A DNA stretch of 64,000 bases from Ruditapes philippinarum (Eukaryota). Below the pieces are notes generated by a model that was not told the origin of the DNA, searched no databases, and saw nothing but the letters and a program-made list of their open reading frames with translations. Made by a program: the position numbers and the translations under genes. Positions 24,406 to 36,100 of this stretch are shown here, piece after piece. The stretch is from assembly GCF_026571515.1 (NCBI RefSeq), contig NW_026865718.1, positions 124,001 to 188,000 on the forward strand, given 5' to 3'. The number at the start of each line of letters is the position of its first letter. The stretch's first letter is position 1.

Positions 24406-25668
24406 TTAGGACACATTGCGCGAGTGTAGCCAACGAAATCCCATGTGTAGATGACTTAGCTCTGAACGCGCCTGAGGGCGCGTCCGTCGCAAAAATTGGA
24501 ATATTCCATTCCATTCCTTGGCCCCGCCCAAACACTGCAAAAGCTCGAGATTAGGCACGAGCATTTTCATCTCAGCGGCAGAAGTTAGTATAGGGGTGTG
24601 TCCAAGAATGATAATAACTCCACCCTTTTTCAAGCATTCAGTAAGAGGCTTGAGAAAGATGGAAGATATTTCTGTTTTAACTACTTCCGAGTTGATGAAA
24701 CGAATAAAAACAACATCTACGCTCCGTGCAGGTATTTTCGGCTCAAGGGCATTTGCACAGTAAATTTCGTCAACCCGTTTCGTTGCAAATTTGACCATAT
24801 GTGCGCTTAAATCGCTGCCAATTGTGTAACTCTCTGGAAGCGCTTGCTTCATCGTCCATAGGAATTGGCCAGTGGAGCATGCGCAGTCGAACAGACGTAG
24901 ATCCTTTCGTCCAAGTGACCTCAAGTAACGTATTGTAAACTCTCGAATATATACTTCACCCTCTCCTAGCGAGAGAGCCAGTTTTTCGTCTATCTCCCAT
25001 CCTTCTTCGGGTGCCTGAATTTCCTCTTTGGCCTGTCCTATCAGTGCCGGAAATGGAAAGGTTAATTCGTAATTGGACATTCCGGACTCAAGAATTTCAT
25101 TCATCAGACAAATCTTCTCGCCGGAAGTCATCTCATTGTAGAAAACCACATACCCACTTTCCATTGTCCTTTGATCCACAAGTCTTCCCAGAAACATACT
25201 CGGCGTAACGTGACTGCAGTGCAGTTCCCGGATTTTATTGCGAACATACTGATGCGACAAGATCCTTCGCCCTACAATAACTCTGTCGCAATTATTTGAT
25301 CTTAATAGGAACACACTTTGAGGCAAGTCATCGCGATTTTCAAAGTACTTCTGAATTTTTCTTCCGGCAACTTTATTCCAATCAATACCACCGTCTGCTT
25401 TTGTTCCTTCCGGTATTGCACGCGCTTGATACATTTCTACTTCCGCTAGAATGAGCTTAAGATTTCTTACGTCATGGTCGTCATTTGAATGATCGAAAGC
25501 ACTTGTAAGTAAATTCTTTGCATCATCCCACTTATTCTCAGAGATAAGTTTCTGCGACTCATAAAGTTTTTCCCGCGATATTTTCGAATGCACATCACGA
25601 AAAACGCCATTAAAATTGAAAGTTGTGTCACCTTCGCTGGCAGTCGGTAAACTTTTTTGTTCTGCCAT
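24406..25668 (-). CDS. Intronless class I SAM-dependent transferase, isonocardicin-synthase (Nat)-like / methyltransferase-fold protein, about 420 aa
   Basis: SAM motif I variant LFDCACSTGQFL, motif II IGSDLSAHMV, VDVVFIRF and LKKGGVIIILGHTP. First ATG at 25668 in aaaATGG context (the ORF track starts at an upstream TTG). The Nat-like resemblance is from recalled motif pattern only. Confidence 0.8.
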   Translation of the reverse strand: MAEQKSLPTASEGDTTFNFNGVFRDVHSKISREKLYESQKLISENKWDDAKNLLTSAFDHSNDDHDVRNLKLILAEVEMYQARAIPEGTKADGGIDWNKVAGRKIQKYFENRDDLPQSVFLLRSNNCDRVIVGRRILSHQYVRNKIRELHCSHVTPSMFLGRLVDQRTMESGYVVFYNEMTSGEKICLMNEILESGMSNYELTFPFPALIGQAKEEIQAPEEGWEIDEKLALSLGEGEVYIREFTIRYLRSLGRKDLRLFDCACSTGQFLWTMKQALPESYTIGSDLSAHMVKFATKRVDEIYCANALEPKIPARSVDVVFIRFINSEVVKTEISSIFLKPLTECLKKGGVIIILGHTPILTSAAEMKMLVPNLELLQCLGGAKEWNGIFQFLRRTRPQARSELSHLHMGFRWLHSRNVS

Positions 25669-25720
25669 TTTTACTTCAGATGTGAAATTCAAATGAAAAT
25701 GGACGTAAAATTGTGGTCAG

Positions 25721-25728
25721 TTTATATA
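25721..25728 (-). promoter_or_regulatory. Candidate TATA box (TATATAAA) of the SAM-transferase gene
   Basis: + strand tttatata reads TATATAAA on -, about 55 nt upstream of the ATG. Confidence 0.5.
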
Positions 25729-28700
25729 TGACCTATCAGAGGGTCAAACGTAAATAGCAACGTTCCAATTTCTAGATTATTTGCTTACTACATTGATAAA
25801 GTATGATATGTCGACTTCATAATTATTATCTTAAGTTTGACCAAGTCATAGTATTATGTTATCATAGTTACCAACTGAAATATTTATTCATTTTACTCTA
25901 GCAGGGCAATGTTCAAGACCGAGTCTATGATTCGGATTGATAGCGGATTTATGTGCATCTCTGTAGTATAGATATTTGATCTTAGTTTGTTTCACAGACA
26001 AAATATTGTACAAGCTTAATAGCGAAGAATGTACGTGTTATGATAATATACAAATACAATTTGAGTTCAAATATTTTCATAATCTTTAAAATTAAAATGA
26101 GTCAACGCAAGTTTTGATCAAATCCAGTACATGCTTCATTGTCAGCTTTTTGAGATAACCACAAATACCGGTTGGAATGACGGGATGTCGAAAAATTGTC
26201 CAACATGGATGGCAAAATGTATTTAAACACGACTTCATAAGTGGAAAACCTACTTCTTGGTACATTAGGAATGCCTTCTGTCACGGAAGTGTTCTTTATA
26301 AAGGAAAGAAAAAAATTGTTACATTTTAATGTTAGAACTGGAGAGCCTAATCAGTGTTCAATTCAGCCCGACATCCTCCTGTTCATACCTTAAAATCCCC
26401 GGTCTACTATCTGCCTACATGATGGTGTAGCAGGTACACGACTGCCTATCATTGTCTGACGAAGACTGAGAATGGCAAAACGGTGTCGATCTTAGGTTCG
26501 AGCGTGGATGGCCGGGCATGGTATTGCTGTGAAGATCTCTATAGACATTTAGTTTCAAGGTGAGTAGAACACGTGTCTAGCGCACGCTGACAGAACGCAA
26601 TATAGCACCGTGAAAGCTACGTAACATAGTCTTTATCGTCATGACGCCGCACATGGACAAAGCCCTTTTAAGAGATAGCTCGACAAATTCCCCTGAGAAA
26701 AGACAGACGGATACTCGCATATACCTACTCATTCATTTAACCATTTAATGGTACATTTATAATTTGGCAAGACCGAATATCTCAATTCATGCCAAGAAAT
26801 TTGTAAAATTTTGAACAAGAAAGATCTTGACATACTGTTCCAGACAGGCCAATCAGCTATCAGATGAAAACAGATTTTCAGGATATTTATTTCTTTCATC
26901 AAAACGCACCTATACACTCTCTTAACTGCAACATTTTTGGCAACATAAATCATTTAGCTATTGAAAATTAAAATGCCTTTAGTCAATGATGTAGTGATAG
27001 TCTCGCGGATAATGTTATATCAAGAGAGACAACTCTTCCAAGCTTACTCAATTTATATCACCCCTTTTACCAAGGGAGACAATTCTTCCAAGCTTATCTA
27101 ATGTCACTCTATTTTGACGTTGTAATTGTATCACCCGTTTTACCAAGAGGGACAACTCTTCCAAGTTTACTTAATCTCGCTGTTGTACCACTTAGGAAAG
27201 CATACAGTGTAGTCGTATGCTATAATTGCTCTATTTATAATAATTGCACAATAATAATAGTAATTATAACAGGTTTGGTGTACGTTTTATAATTACCACG
27301 TGTATGTCTCACGGATCGAATGCCTACCAGTTGACGTGTACAAACATAACAGATGGCTGGCTGCCTGGAAGTAAAGTTTGAGCTGATACTGTTGTATACG
27401 GTTATAACTTTTCAGAGCACAATGCTTTGGCAGTAGACGATTTGTTTATGCGCGCGCATAGAACAATTTCAGTCATGGGGCAAACATCTACCGGAAATAT
27501 GGACAGACATATACCGGGGCTCAGTAGTGGTAGCCGGTAGGTTAGTCCGTCAGTCCCATAATGTACCTCAATGAACATTCAATTTGATCATTTTGTTGTG
27601 TTGATTTTTCTGTACTTCCAGAGAAAAAACATCATTCACTCTTGATTTGTTCAATCAATTACTTTAGATTTGTTAATTTCAATCCGTTATATAAATAGAT
27701 CACTTGGCTCAGTGTTATGAGGAATGAATTATATGCCAGATAGCAGGTCCGTTGCAGATTCGAATCCCGATTGTAAGCTAGGTAACACCAATTTCATGAT
27801 GTATAAAATAAACTCTGTTATCGGGCAACAACACTATAAATGAACATAGACAGATGGTGGTACAACCCATGCATAAAATAGAAAAACTGTTTGTTAAAAA
27901 TTGTATTTTTTCTTCAATTCTTTAAATGTTAATTAAATGATATTCTAAATGCATTACTTTTTTACTGACATTCTTTCTATATATATTTGTTCATACAACT
28001 GTCAAATATAGGTTAACACAAACATATAAAACCAGTATAATCAAATATATGTAAATAATATTAAGGGTTTAAAATGTATGTACAGCTATTATACAAAATG
28101 TATATTCAAATGAAACAAAAAACAGGTAGCTAAAATTAATTTCAATAATTCATCACAAAACTTACACTTTCTCCAAATTCACCAAATAACGACAATAGTC
28201 ATATCATGTTGAAAACTAGGTTTGTACAAATATAAAAAGACAGTCAGTGCATAATAAAACTTGAACATTTTTTGTATGTGCAAGGCTAAAAAAGGCTTGC
28301 TTAGTTTCTACATCTTGAAATGACGTCATTTATAAACAAAATTATAAATATAAACAAAAACTAAACAAAATAGATAAATCATTTAGTCAATTGATATAAT
28401 TCAAATAAATGAGAAATAAAGGACAAAATTTGTTAACATCAGATAAGATACTGCTACTGCATTCAAAACAAGACCAGTATATCCTCTAAAATAACGACCA
28501 AAGGGCTCATTTTACCGTGACGTTTCACATTTTGTATCTCATTTTATGACAAGCTTTCAACAATACAAAAAACAATAAACTCAAAACGTAATATCCCAAA
28601 TTAAACATGACATGTTTAACCTGACTCATTTTATCAACCGATGTTTTAATTTATCTATACAACATGTACACATGTTCAATTACAAAAAAAAAATTTGAAC

Positions 28701-31700
28701 AAACTAGGACACCTTTGTAATTCACACCAGCGTAATCTACCATATAATTTATCCCTGTAAACCTAGATTTAAAGCAACGTTCACGCATTTATTTTTGCAA
28801 AAAAAAATAACATGCTTGATATGTACTACACATCATAAACTTCATTTGTTGTCAGTAAGCCAAAACTGGTTCTAAATTTATTAACATTTAGTTATTTTCG
28901 AGCACATACTGTTGCATAATTACGAAATACCTGTTACAAAAAAAATCTAAGAAAATGCACCGTCATTATTTCCGTATAAATGACGCGTTTCGGGTAATTA
29001 AAATAATCTGACCGCGTATAGGTATTCGGATTTCAAAATAAAACCTACACCAGAAAAAAATCCTATAATAAAACAATAACAATTAGACGATTGTTTGTAG
29101 TAGATGCAATAATGAATTTAAACTGAATTTCCTTATTTAAATTATTTTAATCGGTCGCTGTTTCAATCCATAGTTTACCGCGATACGGCCGGAAACAAGG
29201 CAAATGAAAAATGCAGCCGACAAACTTACAGTGGAGAGAACTGGACACCAAATTTGCGACACAGAACGTTTTGTTATAGACATAGAATTTTGCTTCCGGT
29301 TTTTTTTTCACAAACAATATTATTTCATGAAATATGATCAAAATTCCTAATCACAAACCGCAATTTTACTCTGCGTTATCAATCATGTTCAAAAATATGA
29401 CATGCCTAATGTTAATTGTAGGTTTACAAAATGCCAACTATATTTTTTTTATAAATAAAATACTACAATTCAACGTCAAATGATTAAAACAAAAACAAAA
29501 AAGCTCTACATTCCATATTTTTGTCTCGTTAAGTGACTTTTTTTTCTCTCGCTGCAATAGAATATGAACGGTACGTAATGTAACAAAAATAAACATATTG
29601 TTATCTTTAAAATCAGTTGTTATTTATGTCATATTGTTGGCTAAAGGATCGGAATTTAGTGTAAAAGTTGCCAAATCCTTATACTGTAGATAATTGCCTT
29701 GAGACCATGGGTCTTAATTGAAGATAAACATCTTACTATAACTTTGACAGGGACGTTTTGAACTTTTAAGAAAAGCCTCGTTTTGAATTAGTTTATCACA
29801 CGACGGTACTAATGTAGTATTATGCGAACAGTTGAGACTGGTATGCGTACCCTTTAAAAATGTAGGAGTAGAAAAATGCTGAAAATGTTCAAGCCAAGCC
29901 TGTTATAAGATTCTTTCCTGGGTAGATAAATGCAAGCAAATAAACATCTTTAGTAAACCTGGTATGAGACATATTACACAATGTAAACATGCACACAACT
30001 CTAGAGATATATAGTAATAGTTTAAATATTCACTGGACTAACAACATGTAAAGGTTTTGAAGTTTTTTTCGTAAATTAAAATGATAATTAACTTGATAAA
30101 AAAGATATGGTTTTCAAAAAAAGGTGAAAAACAACAAAAACAAAATAAATATAACAACTCTAGCCATATCAACCATAGATATACATGTACAAATAACAAT
30201 GTCTGGTAATAGTAAAGTCTAGTATATTCATAAGTTTTTTTTTTTACGATTAGTTCAACATGAAATAAATATTACATAATAAAACAAATCAAAACAAAAA
30301 ACAACCAGGAGTATATGTATAATGTATAAAGATATGAATGTTTTAACATAACAACCTTCTTCATTTTGTTACTGTCCCCCTCTTTTTCCCCCGCTCCCCC
30401 TTCCTATAAAAATATCTCATTTAAATAATTGAACATCATCAACAAAACATAGTCTTCCCTTTTGTTAACCTTATCTTCAAGTCTTACATAAAAACTTACC
30501 TAATAATGAGTTTCAATCAATCAATTAACTTAAACTTTATCTTGCAAAGAAGAATCGTTTAGCTAAACTTTGCAACATTTAACAAATGATTTCGTGCACA
30601 CAGAAAATTAAAGCAGACTTGCAGAGAAATTACTGAAAACATTACTGAAAAAAAGTCCTTACATTACTGCATTATTACTGAAAAATTAAAAAAAATGAAA
30701 ATTTATATGAATGTCGAACAAAATGTAATCATATCTATAAATAAATAAAAATTAAATAACTGAGGCAGTACAACACAAAACTGGACCTTGCTTATATAAG
30801 ACATCTTTAATATTCTAGTCAGTTAAGTGTAATGTAAAACAGTTATTATCCATTAAAGCTTATGGTTTATTAATCAGAGTTTAGCATTAATAACGGACCT
30901 AGAAAAATTATATAGTGTCGAAGCTAAATACAAAAGTACAGGTATATATTACAAATAGGTATTTGAATTTGGTATGCTGAAAAAAAAACTCCCCCTCCCC
31001 ACAAAACACAACTGTAACATATTCAAAATGATATAAGCTGGGGATAATTATATTTGCACATTAAAGTAAGTGGCTCTTTTATAGTGACAATAAAACCTTT
31101 TGTTCATTCACAACATTTTTTTCCTTAATGTGTATAAAAATAAATACAAAGCATAAAAAAGCATAACATGTAGAAAAAAGCTTATATTTAAGTGAATTCC
31201 TGATCACTTATTCATAAATAGTAACAACCTGTTTTGATAAATATTAAGTTCACAACTTTTGTAAAATGTCAAAACAAAAATATTTTGTACGCGATAGAAA
31301 AACTATCACAACATTGTTGACAAAGGATAGCTATGTAGTTGTATTGAAATACAAAAGTTAGAGCGTTATTGAGAGTCGTAACAATTTCAGATAAAATGTT
31401 TGCATTTTTTTTAATTTTTCTTTTACATTATATATAATTTCATCCGTAGCATTTGTCTCCCGTCAGCTTTGGAAACGACTAAAACGGTATGACGTCATAA
31501 ACATATCAAAACGTGGAAGTCTTGCTTGAAAAACATCAAAAGTTGCACGGTATATATTTAATTTAATTCGGATAACTCGAACTTTCTTATAACTCGAATA
31601 ATAGCCAACCTGCACGGAAAAATGTGTGTCTGACGCCCGTTCGTAACAAAATTATCTCGCATTAATACAGAACGCTATTTATGAAAAGAATTCTACGCTA

Positions 31701-33193
31701 TTTCGCGACCATTTCATAGGGATAACGTAACCTTGGGGCGTTTTTTCTTATTGGATCGACCTAATTTTTTTAGTGAAAGCGGAACCAGGATCGCGCGAAG
31801 TGCAGAAGCACCAAGCGTAAAAAGGTCCAGTGAATAGCTGTTTCATTTAATAATCGGTTTTTGATACCATATCGTTCTTTAACATTTTAATAAAGCGTCA
31901 CTTAGTGTACTTAGTTAGAACATAGCGCCAGCAACGTCACGGCGAATAATAAGGTAATATGCAAAAACGGTTAGTCTTTCCGTCAGATAGTTGTTTCCCG
32001 ACAAAATACATAGATTAGATATATATTTTTTTCTAGAGAACAAAGCGTAAATGACACGTTACACGTCAACGTTTGCATTACAAAGCTGATTGCTAAACGT
32101 ATTAACGTTCATTTGACAAGCACGTCATGTATGTTTATTAACCGGATATCAATACCACGTTGCGTTAATCATTAACGTCTGAGCTACACAAGACACTTCG
32201 TGTAAAAACGTCAGTTTCCGGGTTATTCCGTAACCACTTTCGCGATAACGTAGAATGCCCTGGTTCCCGTTGTGTCATGTAATTTTACAAAATTGCAATA
32301 TTGACCATTATAGGGCTAAGACCTTAAATATCCCTTGCGTTTATCTGATACAAACGTTTACCTACCGTGATCAAATAACCCATATATACGTGTTTTATAG
32401 TTTTTCAAGAACAAAAATTAGGCTTAGTTTTCAAATAAGCTGGCAATTCTTGCTACAAAACAATGGAAATTCTTAAAACGAAAATATAAAATGGGTGTTT
32501 TTTTTGTTATAAATGTATGTGAAAATCTGACATGCATTTTAAAAAAAGGTACATACAGGATGGAAGATGAAAAGTTACTACGGCTTGAGATGGACACCCT
32601 AAAAAATGTAACTTTTTGATTATTTTTTTTCAAAGCAGCTGAAATTTTTTCAAATTAAATTCAACTAAGAAAATTAAAAGTGAAAAAAGTCACACAATCA
32701 CAAATACATGAATAACGATGCAAAATATATATTTACCAATTACATATTAAATAGTGAAATTCATTTCCTTTAAAACTAATATCTTTAACAGTCGCGTTAA
32801 AATATCCGGTCTCAAGATCATTAATTTTAAGTAGCGTTATGTTAATATAACGAATTGAGTTCAAGTAGAATAGGTAAGAAATTTAAAAATCATTGCTTAA
32901 AAATTAACAATTTTTGCAAGCACCGGTACCATCGGCTTCATTACTTAAGTTTTGACGTAATTTCCTGTTTGAACAATTTACTTGCATTATTTGCATATTA
33001 CAAAAACAACAACAAAACAGTGTGTCCAATCTCCTGGTAACAAATCCTGCTTATTCTAATACATTGTATATAAATGATTTACAAACACACGATCTGAATA
33101 ATTTAAATATCATTAATACTCTTGTAAAAAGATTTCTACTGTAGTTCTAAAAATACAAAGTCGCAAAAAATTACATATCGAATTACGACGATT

Positions 33194-36100
33194 CTATAAC
33201 ATTATTTCCGGTTGATGGAGTATGGACGTGTTTGGTGTACTCATGTCCGGGCCTTCGTCATCGAAGACATCTAGTTCGTGAAACAAATCCGGGTCTCTGA
33301 TCCATTCTATTTCCGGTTCCGCTTCTGGCATGATCACGCACATAAATCTTCTTCCGGTTCGATTGTCCGTTGGATAAATTATCAAAGGACTGAAATGCTT
33401 TGCATCAGACACAAAATCAATGAGTTTGTTGTATATATCCGGAAACTGATGCCTCAAGCTCACACCACGATTTCTTAATTTACGCTGAATGTTCACAAAG
33501 CACAGTTCCCGCGTTTTTCTGTCGTCTGATTCATTCGCGTGCTGATTCCCGGGAACAGCAGTTAAAATCAATGTGGACGGACTGTCAGTATCCTCCTGTT
33601 TTGGATGCATGTGAGCCGGGCTCAATCTCAGTTTGGCACATTTCTGAATAATAGACTCCATTCTACGCGGCATGGGCTTCACGGGAAGCTTTGGCGGTAT
33701 CACAATTGCCACATGTATCACATATTTAAGTTCCGGATTGTATTGTTTGCACGTTTCAGTAAGTATTCCAAGCTTTGAACCTAACATTTTCGCGTGCGGT
33801 AGCTCTTTCAAGCATATGTACACAGGAGGTACCCATAAACTCTCAATACCGTAAATCAAGAAATCTTCCGAAGAACTGATGTCCGGAAATGCGAACACAA
33901 CACAACCACGACCTTGTGATAAGTAGCCACGACGAGCTATCCTAGAGCATTGATACTGAAGATGAGGTTGTTTGTTAATGTATTTAATCACATGTTTACA
34001 CGCACTATTAATTCGACTATAAATACACACGCGTTTGTGCGACTCCCAATGAAGTTTTCTACAATTCCGACTACAGTAATACGAGAAACAACTGTGGCAT
34101 GTCTTAAAGAATTGTTTGGCTTCTTTAAGATTCGTTTCGCGTTTACACGACGTGTATTCACATTTTACTAGATTATATTCCGCATTTTCATCACTAACTT
34201 CGTTTCCATTTTCACAAACACTAGAATTATACTCACGCGCACTAAGATTAAGAGACAGTCCAGGAGGGGTATCTGGGGAAAAGACAAAATCATCGGGTGT
34301 TCTCGGAACTATTCGCCCATTTTCGTCAATTCTCATTCTGCCAGTTCGATGACCATCCAAAAGAAGCAACCCGTCTAATATTTCATCAACTGATGCGTCA
34401 CCGCGAAGCTTGTTTTCGAGATAACCATTCGATACATTGTCAGCATGAGCGTTTGTGAGAATCACATGAAGATCCGGAGACCCGTCCATCGCCAGGTCGC
34501 CATTTTGGTTGGAATGTCTGCCCAAGGCCATTACGGGAAAGCTGAAGGTTCTATCTTGCAACTCGTTAAGCTGTTCAGCAAAACCATTCTCCAAAATGCT
34601 GCTATACCGTCGTTTCTGTAAAAATTCAAACAAAGTTTCACCATCAGTTTTTGTTTTAAGTTCAAGAGCATGCAACCATGGTGGAAATTTAACTGGAAGT
34701 TCACTATTTACCTCAATGTCAGCATTTCTAGCGATATTCTTACCTTTTTTATTCTGAGAACTCGTGTCACTTGAGGCCGCTGCCGGAGAAGCAAAACGGC
34801 CAGGTCTCCTAAATCTAAACTGAGGCAGGGAGGCTCTTAGGCTCTGAGGCTTTTTAACGGTACGAGAACTGGTGCTCGAACTTGTGTTCGAAGCACTGCC
34901 ATTTTGGCGTAAAGTGTTTGTATTTTGCTCTTGGGATCTACTCACATGATTTTCATCCGAGAAATGAACTTGTGTCCGTCTTGGCGCATGCGCACTAGTT
35001 TCACTATGTTTCACACTATGATCGGTTAATATAGGTTTGCGTTCTGGAACAGGTGGGGGTGGGGATATAGTCCTATTATTCTGAACAGGTTTGTCATCAC
35101 TAAATCTGTCTGTAACAGTTTCTTTTGTAGGCGTAGGGGGGTCAAATCTTACGTTGGATGAAGGTTTCTCCTTTGTGGGACTTGTGACAGGAGATTTACC
35201 GTCCGATGGACTAGATGCCTTACTTTTGGCGTCATTTTGCGCTTTCTTTTCAAACATTTCGCGAAGTTTTGCGAACGGTACAATTGCTATAGGCTTAAGA
35301 TTGTCTTTCTTTTCTTTTTTCCTAAATATATCGCTAGGTAACTGAGGAGTGTTATGAATAGGCGCTTTCTCCGGCGTAGTCGGCAACAACGGGGCACGGA
35401 GAAGCCGTGCTGCTGGGGAGATAGAACTAGTTGGGGTAACGCGCTTTTGGATGATAACTGTATTAGACTGGGGGGTTACGGACGGCGAAGGGGAGGTGGT
35501 CAAAGAGGGAGGATAGGCAGTCGACCCTACAGTGGAAGTCGAACCAGTCCTGGCATATGTAAACAAACTTTGAGTACTGCCACTTCGCGAAAATGACGAC
35601 TTTCTAAACCAGTCTGGGACATTTAATTTCGAAAGTGATTTAGAAACTCGAAGTTCGTGTTCTGACGGGGTTCTAGACAGTTGCCCAGGCTGTGCTGTAT
35701 CGTCAAACACGTCATCTAAATTAGTTTCTAAAGTTTGTAAACTTTTAGACTTTGGAACCTTTCTATTTGCAAACCGTCCTTTACCAGGTTTCCTAGGCAA
35801 CCGGTGACTCTCACTTGGTCCTGTAATCGCACTCATGCTTGCAGCCCTTTCCAGAGGATACTGAAACGAAAGATAATAAGGATCTTGTAAGGACTGTCCA
35901 TGTGCGTTGACGTCATCAGTGACGTCGGCGTCAATATCCGTTTCAGTTGCGAGAGACGATATCGATCCGTACCGTAAAAGCTGCTCAAACATATTTTCGA
36001 GAGATTCTTTCGTATGACGGATTTCTTCGCGTTTATGATGGGAAAACATACAATTTGCATGCAATTTATCGTAATCGGCTTTTTCGTAAGATGAGTTTGC

